A stretch of 64,000 nucleotides of DNA. Origin: Chloroflexota bacterium. GTDB taxonomy: Bacteria; Chloroflexota; Dormibacteria; Dormibacterales; Dormibacteraceae. The translations under genes were made by a program, and so were the position numbers. The stretch lies in contig VBHB01000081.1 of NCBI GenBank assembly GCA_005880315.1, forward strand, positions 1,616-65,615. Reading direction: 5' to 3'. Numbering within the stretch: position 1 is the first letter of the stretch; each line of letters starts with the position of its first letter. Positions 35,054 through 44,355 of this stretch are shown here, piece by piece. Below the pieces are notes generated by a model that was not told where the DNA came from, made no database searches, and saw only the letters and a program-made list of their open reading frames with translations.

Positions 35054-35967
35054 CCGAACATCTGGCGCGCGACGAAGACCACATTGGCCGGACGCTCGGC
35101 CAGCCGCCTCAGGTACCACGCGTACCAGGCGTCGCCGTAGGCGATGAGCGCCTTTACCCCGTAGCCCTCGGCTGCGAGCCGCGACTGGTGCGCCGACTGG
35201 ATGCCGTAGAGCATGTGCACCTCGAGCGCATGACGGTCCATGCCGATGGCGTCAGCGAACCGCGCGATGCGCTCGATCAGCGGCACGTCGTGCGTGGCGA
35301 GCACGAGCTTCAGCCGGCCGCGGTTCATATCAGGGAGCATCAGCGCGCACAGGGCAAGGTAGTTGGCGTCGACGTCGCGCTTGGCCGGAAACGCCCGATC
35401 CGCCGGCTCGGCATAAGCGCCCTTGACCAGCCGGATGGCGGGCTTGAAAGGCAGCATCCGGTGCACGTCCGCTGCGGTGCGGTAGAGGTACGCCTGCAGG
35501 CATACGCCGGTGGCCGGGTGGCGTGAGTGGACGCGGTTGTAGAGATCGAGCGTGCGGTCCGTATACGCGCTGCCTTCCATATCGATCCACATGAAGCCCT
35601 TTACTCTCGCCGCGGCGGCCGCGAGGCGGTTCAGGTTGGCAAAGGTCGCATCGGGGTCGATGTCGAGCCCGACCTGCGTCGGCTTGATGGAGATCTCAGG
35701 CTCCAGACCGGCTTCCGCTGCTCGCGTCAGCACCATCTCGTAGTGCTCGACGGCCGCTGTCGCCTCCGACATCGCTTTGATGTTCTCGCCCAGCTTGGTG
35801 AAAACAGCGCCGATCCTGTTGGCCTTGAAATCCACCGCGGCCTTCAACGCCGAGTCGAACTCCTCTCCCGGCATGAACCGCTTGACCGCTCGGCGCACGA
35901 AACCCCAGCTCGGAACGTGCTCTGACAGCCAGGGATTCTGCGCGCACCACAGAAGGAGCGCCCTCAC
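35050..35967 (-). CDS. Proline dehydrogenase
   Basis: ...RFMPGEEFDSALKAAVDF...IKPTQVGLD...RLVKGAYAEP...YGDAWYAWYLRRLAERPAN. Confidence 0.85.
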   Translation of the reverse strand: MRALLLWCAQNPWLSEHVPSWGFVRRAVKRFMPGEEFDSALKAAVDFKANRIGAVFTKLGENIKAMSEATAAVEHYEMVLTRAAEAGLEPEISIKPTQVGLDIDPDATFANLNRLAAAAARVKGFMWIDMEGSAYTDRTLDLYNRVHSRHPATGVCLQAYLYRTAADVHRMLPFKPAIRLVKGAYAEPADRAFPAKRDVDANYLALCALMLPDMNRGRLKLVLATHDVPLIERIARFADAIGMDRHALEVHMLYGIQSAHQSRLAAEGYGVKALIAYGDAWYAWYLRRLAERPANVVFVARQMFG

Positions 35968-36079
35968 GAAGGTGACCTTACGAAATTGGTGGGAAACCTA
36001 GCCGCGAGCGGCCTGCAGGCTGGCCTTACGCACGAGCGGCCGAGCCCGCGCTGAAATCGGTCCTCGGTACTGACGCGCC

Positions 36080-36838
36080 TCAGACGAAGAACTCCTTCAG
36101 CACGGGAATGAGCACATCGTCCGCGACGCCGTGACCCTGTCCATCGAGTACACGAGCGTGGCCGTTTGGGACGGCGGCCGCAATCGCCTTCGCGGCTTCG
36201 CCGGCCCACGCAGGACTCGAGCCACCGGCGAGGGCGAGGGTGGGGGCGGAGATCTTCGCCAGCCGCTCCGCTGGCACAGATCCGCCGTTGCACAGAGTCA
36301 CCTCGTAGGCCAACGTATGGGCAAACGACTCCATATGACCCCAATAAGGGCCCGCTTTCATCTGCTCGACAACGCCGCCAGGGGTACCCATGAGAGCCAA
36401 GAAGGCCTCGACCGCCTCAGAGTTACGGCCGGCCTCAGCCATCTCCGCCAGCCGCGAAGCTACAGCTTGGCTCGGCCCCTTTGTGTAGGGCGGCTCATAG
36501 ACAGTGAGCCCACGAATCGGGACGCCCGTGGCCGCTGCCTCCAGAACGAGTGCACCACCCGAGGAGTGACCGAACGCATATGCAGACCCGCCAGCCGCCT
36601 CGATCACCGCCGCAAGATCCTCGGCTTCACGCTCGATCGAGTACGGCCCGACCTCGTCGCTGTCGCCGCGACCGCGCCGGTCGTATTCGTAAATGGTGAA
36701 ATTCGATCCCAAACCCAAAGCAAGCTTCTTGGTCGACGACCGGTCACTGAATGCCCCGACGACCAGTACGAGCGCCGGTCCAGCACCGGATCGGTCGAAC
36801 GCGATCTGGGTTCCGTCTGCTGACCGCAACTTGTTCAT
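36080..36838 (-). CDS. Alpha/beta hydrolase
   Basis: Strong RBS GGAGGTGGAGG, nucleophile elbow GHSSGG, C-terminal GHG. Confidence 0.85.
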   Translation of the reverse strand: MNKLRSADGTQIAFDRSGAGPALVLVVGAFSDRSSTKKLALGLGSNFTIYEYDRRGRGDSDEVGPYSIEREAEDLAAVIEAAGGSAYAFGHSSGGALVLEAAATGVPIRGLTVYEPPYTKGPSQAVASRLAEMAEAGRNSEAVEAFLALMGTPGGVVEQMKAGPYWGHMESFAHTLAYEVTLCNGGSVPAERLAKISAPTLALAGGSSPAWAGEAAKAIAAAVPNGHARVLDGQGHGVADDVLIPVLKEFFV

Positions 36839-36926
36839 GATTCCTCCACCTCCAGTTGGATCATCTCAATGGACTCTCCGGGCGAGTCAAAGTCATCGTT
36901 GGCGCAGCCTTACCTCAGAGTCCGCA

Positions 36927-38171
36927 TTACAAGGCGGCCACAATCGCTTCCCATGCGCCGGGGTCGTTGGCTACGACCGTTGGCCTTTCAATCGAGGGCG
37001 GCTCTGATTTGAAGCCCGCGCCCGTGTCGAAAACCACGATCCGCTCGGCCATATCGATCAGCCCTTGTTCTCGCATTATCGGCAGCGCCGCGAAAGCCGC
37101 CGCGGACTCCAGGCTCAGATAGCCGGCACCGTTGCGAGCGGCGTACACCTGCATGGAGACGATCTCTGCCTCGGGGACGGCGATGGCTCCGCCACCCGAG
37201 CGCCGAAGGCATTCGAGGATCAGGTGGTCACCAAGGGCTGACGGCACACGGATGCCGGCCGCCTGCGTCGCGGCCCTTGGCCACGGCTCGGCGAACGCCG
37301 CGCCCTGTTCGAAGGCACGCACAATCGGAGCACAGCCATCCGACTGCACCGAAAACATGCGGGGCCGCGACGAGTCGATGAATCCCAACGCTTGCAGCTC
37401 TTCGAAAGCCTTCCACATGCCGATCAGCCCCGTGCCCCCGCCGGTCGGATACACGACCACGTCTGGAAGGCTCCAGCCGAAATCCTCGGCCAGCTCGAAA
37501 CCAAGAGTCTTCTTGCCCTCCACGCGGTAGGGCTCGCGCAGGGTAGCGACGTCGAACCCGCCCGTCTTCTCGCACACGAGCCGGGCGAGCTTGCCGCAAT
37601 CAGAGATGAGGCCGTCGAGAAGGATCAGACGGGCGCCGCACGCCAGCGCCTCGAGCTGATTGGCGAGCGGGGCGTCGGCCGGCATGACCACGGTCGCCTC
37701 GACTCCCGCCGCTGACGCGTAGGCAGCCAGGGCCCCGGCGGCGTTTCCGGCCGACGGCGCGACCAGGTGTGTGGCGCCCAACTCCACCGCGCGGCTCACC
37801 GCCACGGCCATGCCTCTTGCCTTGAAGGACCCCGTCGGGTTGGTGCTCTCGGCCTTCGTGTGCAGCCCGTCCAGTCCGAGCTTTCGCGAAAGGCGCCCTG
37901 GCGGCAGCAGAGGCGTCGAACCCTCGCCGAGGGTCGTGACGAATCTTCTCCCGCGCACCGGAAGCAGCTCTTCCCACCGCCACAGCCCACCGCGGCGAGC
38001 TGTGACGGCATCCTTGGTCAGGCTGATTCGAGCGCGCTCGAGGTCATATCGCGCGAGGAGGGTGCGCCCGTCGGCCGGATCGGTGCCACGGAGCTGATCC
38101 GGGTCGTAGCGCTTCTTCGATAGCGCCCCCTCGACAAAGGCGAGCGTGGATGCAGTGAGGTCCCGGCCCAC
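36927..38171 (-). CDS. thrC: Threonine synthase
   Basis: PLP-lysine motif NPTGSFKARG. 414 aa with typical TS architecture. Confidence 0.85.
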   Translation of the reverse strand: MGRDLTASTLAFVEGALSKKRYDPDQLRGTDPADGRTLLARYDLERARISLTKDAVTARRGGLWRWEELLPVRGRRFVTTLGEGSTPLLPPGRLSRKLGLDGLHTKAESTNPTGSFKARGMAVAVSRAVELGATHLVAPSAGNAAGALAAYASAAGVEATVVMPADAPLANQLEALACGARLILLDGLISDCGKLARLVCEKTGGFDVATLREPYRVEGKKTLGFELAEDFGWSLPDVVVYPTGGGTGLIGMWKAFEELQALGFIDSSRPRMFSVQSDGCAPIVRAFEQGAAFAEPWPRAATQAAGIRVPSALGDHLILECLRRSGGGAIAVPEAEIVSMQVYAARNGAGYLSLESAAAFAALPIMREQGLIDMAERIVVFDTGAGFKSEPPSIERPTVVANDPGAWEAIVAAL

Positions 38172-38195
38172 ACGCGGAGACTAGACGAAGCCCCG

Positions 38196-38441
38196 TCAGG
38201 CGGGTGGCCGGACTCCTCCAAGCGAGCATTCGACGCTGCAATAGATCCGCGCGCCGTGGAACACGGCACCAAAATCGATCGGCCCGGCGCAGCTGTCGCA
38301 ATAAGCGGGTTGGGCATCGACGACCTTCGCGCTCTTGACGACGCGTACATGCGCGGGACCGCTTGCGATGCCCTGGCGAAGCGCCGACCGCTCCACAACA
38401 GGACCGTGCAGCCGTCCAGCCGGCAGGTGGATTACCCCCAT
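38196..38441 (-). CDS. Small Cys-rich protein with a TRASH/zinc-ribbon-like C-x19-C-x3-C motif
   Basis: RBS GGGAGGAG. The C-terminus is YCDSCAGPIDFGAVFHGARIYCSVEC. It lies 24 nt upstream of thrC. Confidence 0.6.
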   Translation of the reverse strand: MGVIHLPAGRLHGPVVERSALRQGIASGPAHVRVVKSAKVVDAQPAYCDSCAGPIDFGAVFHGARIYCSVECSLGGVRPPA

Positions 38442-38559
38442 CTCTCCTCCCCTGAGTTACCGCACCAAGTATCACCCGGGGAACGTAAAAAACACCGTAC
38501 AGATGTGGGAATCGTTCCTCCGACGCTCAACCGCTTTCGCGGCCGAGAGGAGGGGCGGG

Positions 38560-38624
38560 TTCGCGGGGGGAAAATCTGTCCCCCCGCGAAATCGTGGCGC
38601 CCTCTGCTCTCGCACAGGGGCGCC
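38560..38624 (-). terminator. Two tandem GC-rich stem-loops downstream of the 56-aa membrane sORF
   Basis: At 38560-38590, ttcgcgggggg / ccccccgcgaa forms an 11-bp stem. At 38596-38624, ggcgccc(t)ctg / caggggcgcc forms a 10-bp stem with one bulge. There is no obvious U-tract. Confidence 0.35.
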
Positions 38625-38644
38625 GGCAATCGATCGTTACGCGG

Positions 38645-38815
38645 TTACCAGTAGTACCAGCGGCCTCCACCTTCGGCCGCCCGGAAGAAGAACCCGAGCA
38701 CCCAAAGGATCAGCCCCACGATGAGCAGCAGCCACAGTATGTGCAAGCCGCTCGCTAACAAGCCGCCCCCACCAAGGAGTAGGAGCAGCAAGACCAGGAC
38801 GATCAATGCGACCAC
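38645..38815 (-). CDS. Unannotated 56-aa hydrophobic two-TM peptide
   Basis: Below the track cut-off. GGAGG at 38827-38831, GTG at 38815. Translation: MVALIVLVLLLLLLGGGGLLASGLHILWLLLIVGLILWVLGFFFRAAEGGGRWYYW. Confidence 0.55.
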   Translation of the reverse strand: MVALIVLVLLLLLLGGGGLLASGLHILWLLLIVGLILWVLGFFFRAAEGGGRWYYW

Positions 38816-38900
38816 TCTTTGTTTTACCTCCTTTCCCGACCGACCGATTTGGCCAGTCTCAAAATCCGCATCTGTTACTGAAACCCATCACGCCGCGCGA

Positions 38901-39281
38901 TTACCCACGGGCGCGACGGCGGCTCGTGCCGGTCTTTCCGCCCTTCATGAGCGATCGCCATCCTCTGGCGTGGATCTCGATCCCATACTTGCGCGCCGCG
39001 GCCCTGATGCGCTTCCAGGCGCTGTCGCGCTCGGCGTCGGTGACGCCCTCGACCTGGTCGAACCGAGCGATGGCATTGCGAACGTGACGCGCGTCCGTGA
39101 TCGGTTCTTTGCGCTTCTTCGGAAACGCGAACTTCTCGGTCGGCAGCCGGTTCTGCTGCCGGGTGCTGAGGCCTGACGTACGCCGGCGGATGGTAGTCGC
39201 GCCACGTGCGCGGCGGCTCTGCACCGTGCGCGCCCGTTTGATGTTTTTCCGTGCGGCAGCCTTCTGTCTTGTCGTCGCCAT
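38901..39281 (-). CDS. Basic small protein, DUF6582-like
   Basis: RBS AAAGGAGG. The block EKFAFPKKRKEPITDARHVRNAIARFDQVEGVTDAERDSAWKRIRAAARKYGIE matches my recollection of this family. Confidence 0.65.
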   Translation of the reverse strand: MATTRQKAAARKNIKRARTVQSRRARGATTIRRRTSGLSTRQQNRLPTEKFAFPKKRKEPITDARHVRNAIARFDQVEGVTDAERDSAWKRIRAAARKYGIEIHARGWRSLMKGGKTGTSRRRARG

Positions 39282-39376
39282 CGAATCGACCTCCTTTCCT
39301 GTGATCTACACGACGGTGCGAACGTGAGGGCCGGCCCCTTGACGCGGGGCGCGGCCCTCGGCTCCCCTGAGGAGGG

Positions 39377-39709
39377 TCAGGATGGAGTTGCTGACGGTGA
39401 TGGGTGGGTGCCGCCGCCACCGCCCGGCGCCGGAGCCGGCGACGTGACGGTTGTGGTGTTCGACGGTGCTGAGAACGGCGCCCTCGCTCCAAACCAGTTC
39501 CACTGCGTGAAGCCGAAGAAGAGAAGGATGAGTACGAAGAGCGCCATGATCGCGGCTGCGATTCCAGCGCCGGCACCCGCGGTCGTCCCCTCCGTCTCCA
39601 CCACCTCGGAACCCACCGGGCTCCAGTAGCGTCGCACGCTGTATCCGCCGGCACCAACCAGTGCGGCGAGCACGAGAACGACGAGCAGGATGAACAGTAG
39701 CGTTCCCAA
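39377..39709 (-). CDS. Two-TM membrane protein with a Gly/Pro/Thr-rich tail
   Basis: AGGAGG lies 6 nt before TTG at 39709. Two hydrophobic helices. Confidence 0.55.
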   Translation of the reverse strand: MGTLLFILLVVLVLAALVGAGGYSVRRYWSPVGSEVVETEGTTAGAGAGIAAAIMALFVLILLFFGFTQWNWFGARAPFSAPSNTTTVTSPAPAPGGGGGTHPSPSATPS

Positions 39710-39974
39710 ACGATGACCTCCTGTTTGGTTCGGGCCCCCCCGCACATCTCGGAAGGACCGCTCATATGGGTAACGCCCACAACAGCGCGGACTACGCAGC
39801 CGCCAGATCTCGCCACGGTCACACGCGAGTAGGCGAGACGGTCGTCGAAGTTATGAAATTAGAGACGAGGCGGGAGGACGTAAAAATATGCGTCTAAATT
39901 GCGATGCGGCCGCGGCGCGGGCTCACGAGCAGGAAGGCGGGGTCTCGTAGAAGTCTGTAGGCGGCGGTGAGCGC

Positions 39975-40319
39975 GTGAACGAGGTTGTCATGATCGCGCT
40001 GAAGGCTGCCGCCGGCGGTGGCCTGGTCGTCGCATTTGCGCTGCTGAGCGACGTGCTCCAACCGAAAAGTTTCTCCGGGCTGTTGTCGGCCGCGCCGTCG
40101 ATCGCGATGACAAGCCTTCTGATCACCGCAGTTGCTTCCGGGGATTGGAAAGCAGCCGATGCGGCCGGCGGCATGATCGCGGGCGCAGTCGGCATGGTGG
40201 GCTACTGCATCACCGCGTCGGTCCTTCTCGGACGGTACGGCGCGGTGGCGGGCAGCGCGCTCGCGTGGTTGGTTTGGCTGGCGGTCGCGGCTGCGACCTA
40301 CCTGGTGTTTCTGCGATGA
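39975..40319 (+). CDS. DUF3147-family membrane protein
   Basis: KAAAGGGLVVAFALLSDVLQPKSFSGLLSAAPSIAMTSL is typical of DUF3147. First of an overlapping pair. Confidence 0.7.
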   Translation: MNEVVMIALKAAAGGGLVVAFALLSDVLQPKSFSGLLSAAPSIAMTSLLITAVASGDWKAADAAGGMIAGAVGMVGYCITASVLLGRYGAVAGSALAWLVWLAVAAATYLVFLR

Positions 40320-40738
40320 AAACCGAAACGGGACGGCCCCGCTTTGATGGTGGAGCGATTCGCAAACAATCGCCACGCGAATATCTCGTGCGTTTTGCTT
40401 TTGGCGCGGTCATCTCTGCCGGTGCGGCAGCTGTCGCCATCGCCTTCGGAGCCCGCATCGGCGGAATACTGCTCGCGTTTCCAGCCATCTTGCCGGCGTC
40501 GCTCACATTGATCGAACGCAAGTCCGGGCGCAAAGAGGCCGTTGTGGACTCGACGGGCGCAGCCATGGGAGGCGCCGCACTGGTCGTGTTCGCGATCGTC
40601 GCCGCCTGGGGGTTGCCTCGCATGAACGCCGTGGCAGCTCTCGTACTGGCCGGCTTGTCCTGGGTGGTCTCTGTGCTCGTCCTGTTCGGCGCTTATGTCG
40701 TCGTCGTGCGCTTGCGCCGCCGAAAGACAGCGAAATAG
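40316..40738 (+). CDS. DUF3147-family membrane protein (second of the pair)
   Basis: ATG at 40316 overlaps the upstream stop (ATGA). LVRFAFGAVISAGAAAVAIAFGARIGGILLAFPAILPASL. Confidence 0.7.
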   Translation: MKTETGRPRFDGGAIRKQSPREYLVRFAFGAVISAGAAAVAIAFGARIGGILLAFPAILPASLTLIERKSGRKEAVVDSTGAAMGGAALVVFAIVAAWGLPRMNAVAALVLAGLSWVVSVLVLFGAYVVVVRLRRRKTAK

Positions 40739-41640
40739 CGGGCCACACCCTTCGCACGAGGCCGCGCGGCAGGCTGGTCCGAGGCCTTGCCCTCGTTGAT
40801 CACCTCGATGGGCTTGCGCACCTCCCGCGACTCGTACATCTGGCTGGCGATTAGACCCTTCGCAGCGGGCTCGCCCAGGCGGAACTGGTTGAAGACCGCG
40901 CCAAACAGGATGAGCTCGCTGACGATGTAGAACCACGCAGCGAGAAGAAAGAAGAGACCGAATTGCGCTCCATATGTGTTGAACCCGCCTGCCAGGCGTA
41001 CATACAGCGGAAATCCGAGCGAGAACACTTCGATGAGGATTCCGGCGAGCAGCGCTCCGGGGAGTACGTCGCGCACCTCGAACGTGCGGTTGGGAACGAA
41101 CCGGTACAGCAAAGAAAGGAAGCCGACCATTACGGCCGAACCGATCATGAAGCCGCTTACCCAGGCCAATGGGAACAGCGCGGCGACGGCGTTCGCCGCC
41201 ACCGTGATGCCGACCGCGACGACCAGCAGGATCATCATCACCAGGCCCATCAGCTTCTGCCTGACCATGTCCCTCTGCCTGGTGCCGAAGATCTGCGTCA
41301 GTGCAAACTCCATCGTCCCGAAGATGCTGCTGGCGCTCCACAGCAGGCCGGCCAGCGACAGCAAGCCCAACCACCCGGCCGATTGCCTGACGCCATGGAC
41401 CGCGTCCAGCAGCTGGGGCTGAGCTGTGCCTGGAAAGGCCTCGATGATCAAGGCATCGGCTCTCGCCTCGAGGCCTGGATCTCGTACCGCGTAGCCGATG
41501 AGGGAGAGAACGCCGAGCATCAGCGGGACCATCGCGAGCATGCATGTGAACGCGAGCGCCGACGCGTAGTTGCTCGCCTGGCTCTGGCCGTAGGCGGCTA
41601 GGACCCTGATCGGCAGCCAGCTCTTGATCCGTCTCATCAT
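40693..41640 (-). CDS. YihY/BrkB-family membrane protein
   Basis: YGQSQASNYASALAFTCMLAMVPLML..., 6 TM helices. Confidence 0.85.
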   Translation of the reverse strand: MMRRIKSWLPIRVLAAYGQSQASNYASALAFTCMLAMVPLMLGVLSLIGYAVRDPGLEARADALIIEAFPGTAQPQLLDAVHGVRQSAGWLGLLSLAGLLWSASSIFGTMEFALTQIFGTRQRDMVRQKLMGLVMMILLVVAVGITVAANAVAALFPLAWVSGFMIGSAVMVGFLSLLYRFVPNRTFEVRDVLPGALLAGILIEVFSLGFPLYVRLAGGFNTYGAQFGLFFLLAAWFYIVSELILFGAVFNQFRLGEPAAKGLIASQMYESREVRKPIEVINEGKASDQPAARPRAKGVARYFAVFRRRKRTTTT

Positions 41641-42086
41641 TGCGGCCGCGAGGGATCCGAACGGCCGCCCGGCTTGATGATGCGGGAGGCAAGCGCGCCG
41701 GCGATGCTGACCGCTACAGCCGTCGCGACCTTCTCGGCGATCGTTCGCCAGGAGCTCTGACCGCGAGGAGCATCCGAGCCCGCGGCGACGACCTTGACTT
41801 TCGCCGGCCGGTGCTTGAGCACCTTGGCGACCTTGCGCGGCAGATGGCGGATCGAGCGAGGGACCGCGTCGCGGACGACCGCCGCCGGCGACCGATGACG
41901 AGCCAGCGTGTAGACGGCGTAGCCGACCGCTGCCGCGGAGGCCACGCCAACCACGCCAATCGCTGCCACGCGCGCGGCCTTCCGCGCGCCCTTCGCCGCC
42001 CTGCGCTCGAGCACCCTCAGGTTCGCGTCGAGGTGTTCCCGAGTCTCGGTTATCTGCCGTTCGATCTCAGCTGCCGAAGAGCCCAA
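41637..42086 (-). CDS. DUF3618-like protein
   Basis: AAGGAG lies 8 nt before TTG at 42086. SAAEIERQITETREHLDANLRVLE plus one TM helix. The rest of the 316-aa track ORF was rejected. Confidence 0.65.
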   Translation of the reverse strand: MGSSAAEIERQITETREHLDANLRVLERRAAKGARKAARVAAIGVVGVASAAAVGYAVYTLARHRSPAAVVRDAVPRSIRHLPRKVAKVLKHRPAKVKVVAAGSDAPRGQSSWRTIAEKVATAVAVSIAGALASRIIKPGGRSDPSRPQ

Positions 42087-42442
42087 GCCTTGTTCTCCTT
42101 CAGGGTTTCGAACGTCCTGGTCGGCAACCTCAACTTGAGCCTTGACTTGCCGAACAGGTAGAGCGCGCCCGCGAGCACGATGTAGGCGGCCGCCCAGACC
42201 AGGGCAGCTTGCCAGTGCCACGGGACGGCCTCGACCACCGCCACGGGCAGCGCAACGAGCAGCGCGATCGTGGCCACGAGGCCCGCGAAGGCCATGGATC
42301 CGATCGCGATGGCGTTCGTGACGGCAAGCTCCTTGAGCTCCTGCCGCGCCAGTGAGACCTCGAGGCTGACGAGCCGTTGGACGTCTTGCACGACGTCCGC
42401 CGCCAGCTGCCTCGAGGTCGCTTTGGGTTCGGACCTTTGCAT
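42050..42442 (-). CDS. Phage-holin-family / DUF1469 (actinobacterial holin-X) membrane protein
   Basis: 130 aa. VQDVQRLVSLEVSLARQELKE followed by two TM helices. Confidence 0.7.
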   Translation of the reverse strand: MQRSEPKATSRQLAADVVQDVQRLVSLEVSLARQELKELAVTNAIAIGSMAFAGLVATIALLVALPVAVVEAVPWHWQAALVWAAAYIVLAGALYLFGKSRLKLRLPTRTFETLKENKAWALRQLRSNGR

Positions 42443-42543
42443 TCCTTCCTATGAGAACGCCGCGCCGCTGACGGCGACCCGGTGGCGCGATTCGCGGGTC
42501 CCCCCGCGAGCTCACGTCGCAGACGCCGAGCTCGTGGGGTATT

Positions 42544-43725
42544 TCAAGCCGGGAGGCCGTGACCGCCAACCTGGTACGCCGTCGCAAGGTCGGCGATCAC
42601 CATCACGCCCGCCGCAGACCAACCGATGACCTTCGTCGGCAGGCTGTTGACGTAGCTCCCCATCAGCTTGCGGCTCGACGTGAGCAGAAGCATGAGGACG
42701 ATCAGCACCGGCGCGATGAGGCCGTCGAGCACCTGTGAGTAGAAGAGGGCCTTGATCGGATCGATGGCGGAGACCGCAAGCTCCATGGCGACCAGGAACG
42801 AAAGACCGATCACGACATAGAACTGCGGCGCATTCTGTGCATGCCGCCCCAGGCCTCGTCGCCATCCCGCCAGTCCGGCCACGCCAAAGGCAGCGGACGC
42901 CGCGAGCACCGGGATCGCCAGCAGGCCCGCTCCGATGACCCCCACCGCGAAGAGATCTGTCGAATAGCGACCAGCGAAAGGCTCCAGCGCGCGCGCAGCA
43001 TCGGCCGCAGTTCTGATGCTTGCGTGATGTGCGTACAGGACGGTTCCGGTCGACACGATGATGAAAAAGGCGGTGACGTTGAAGAAGAGGTACGGCGTGA
43101 TCGTCGTGCCCAGGAGAGCGATTGACCCCAACAGGTATGCGGGCGAGAACGAGACGTGGGGCACCAGCGTGCTCAGCAGGACCTCGCTCCAGTTTGGCCG
43201 AGCCAGGAACGCCGCGAGGATGTAGGTGGCGAACACCGCGACCAGCCACAGCAGGTATTTGCTCAAGACCCTGTAGTCCGTGAAGATCGTCACGTAGGCC
43301 ATGAGGCCCGCCAGCGGGACTATCCAGAACATGAACCTGATGCCGGTGATCAGCTCCAGAGCGGCGGCCATGGCGAGGAGGTCCGCGCCCATCGTGATCA
43401 CATTGGCCACCACCATGAGCAGCACTGCAGGCGTCGCCACACGAGCCCCATATGTGCTGCGGAGCAGCGTCGCGAGGTCGGTCTTGGTCACGTTGGCGAC
43501 CTTGGCCGAAATCTGCTGGACGACGATGAGCATCGGCGTCGACAGCAGCAGGAGCCAATTCTGCGCGTAGCCGGCCGTGGCCCCGACGACCGAGTACGTG
43601 GCGATGCCTGCCGGATCGTTGTCGGCGCCACCCGTGATGACCCCCGGCCCGATAGCCCTGATGACGTCCGAGAAACCTAACCGCTTTTCGTGTGCCCTCC
43701 GCCGGTACAGCTCGGCCCCCGCCAT
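42544..43725 (-). CDS. mntH: NRAMP-family divalent metal transporter
   Basis: [24 protein letters not shown]..., 11-TM pattern. Confidence 0.85.
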   Translation of the reverse strand: MAGAELYRRRAHEKRLGFSDVIRAIGPGVITGGADNDPAGIATYSVVGATAGYAQNWLLLLSTPMLIVVQQISAKVANVTKTDLATLLRSTYGARVATPAVLLMVVANVITMGADLLAMAAALELITGIRFMFWIVPLAGLMAYVTIFTDYRVLSKYLLWLVAVFATYILAAFLARPNWSEVLLSTLVPHVSFSPAYLLGSIALLGTTITPYLFFNVTAFFIIVSTGTVLYAHHASIRTAADAARALEPFAGRYSTDLFAVGVIGAGLLAIPVLAASAAFGVAGLAGWRRGLGRHAQNAPQFYVVIGLSFLVAMELAVSAIDPIKALFYSQVLDGLIAPVLIVLMLLLTSSRKLMGSYVNSLPTKVIGWSAAGVMVIADLATAYQVGGHGLPA

Positions 43726-44295
43726 CTAGCGAGCCCGATTGGCCGGCACCGGCGGGGTGACCACCGTCCAGATGCTGCGCGTGTCCTCGTCGAGCAGCTC
43801 GCGCGCCTCGAACGCATCGGTCTCGTCCACGCGCGTCAGAAGGAGGCCGTGCCCCGCATCGAGCGCCTTGCGTGCGTCCGTCGCGAATTCTCCAACCGAC
43901 TCCAGGAGCGGGTCATCACCAGACGTCACGGCCCCTGCTTCCTTTGGCTTCAGGCGGCGGTGCTGCCGCAGGAACTCGAGCGCGTGGTCGGCGACAGCCG
44001 CGTTGGGAAAGGCCGCAATGATCGTTTGATCGAAGAGGCCGCGCCTCTGGTCATGTCGCTTTACCGTCAGCCGGTGCGCGTCGACGTCGTCGATTCCCCT
44101 CCCCAGGTATCTCTGGGCTTCGGCGATGATGCCCTGGCGCTCCCTACCCGAGCCGAGCTCACCCGATAGGTGCAGGATGCCCCCGTGCAGCCTGACGTCG
44201 ACGGCATCTCCATATAAAGGATGGGGCTGGCCGGTCTGCCCCACGAGCACCCTGGTCCACCATGCCTCGATCTGTTGCTCGTCTTTTTGGGCCAC
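43726..44295 (-). CDS. Hypothetical protein with a BON-like segment
   Basis: DAVDVRLHGGILHLSGELGSGRERQGIIAEAQ. The stop abuts the NRAMP start. The start is uncertain (GTG at 44295, chosen to avoid overlap with the divergent PAP2 gene). Confidence 0.5.
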   Translation of the reverse strand: MAQKDEQQIEAWWTRVLVGQTGQPHPLYGDAVDVRLHGGILHLSGELGSGRERQGIIAEAQRYLGRGIDDVDAHRLTVKRHDQRRGLFDQTIIAAFPNAAVADHALEFLRQHRRLKPKEAGAVTSGDDPLLESVGEFATDARKALDAGHGLLLTRVDETDAFEARELLDEDTRSIWTVVTPPVPANRAR

Positions 44296-44355
44296 TTGAT
44301 TCCGGAACGCGGCGCCGCGGGGGGTTACCGGGCGGCTGGGCGTTACGGTTTTAGG

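Noticed and set aside
40298-41692. 464-aa minus-strand ORF
   Set aside because: It is an alternative frame over the YihY gene and antisense to the DUF3147 pair. It is Arg-rich, with no motifs.
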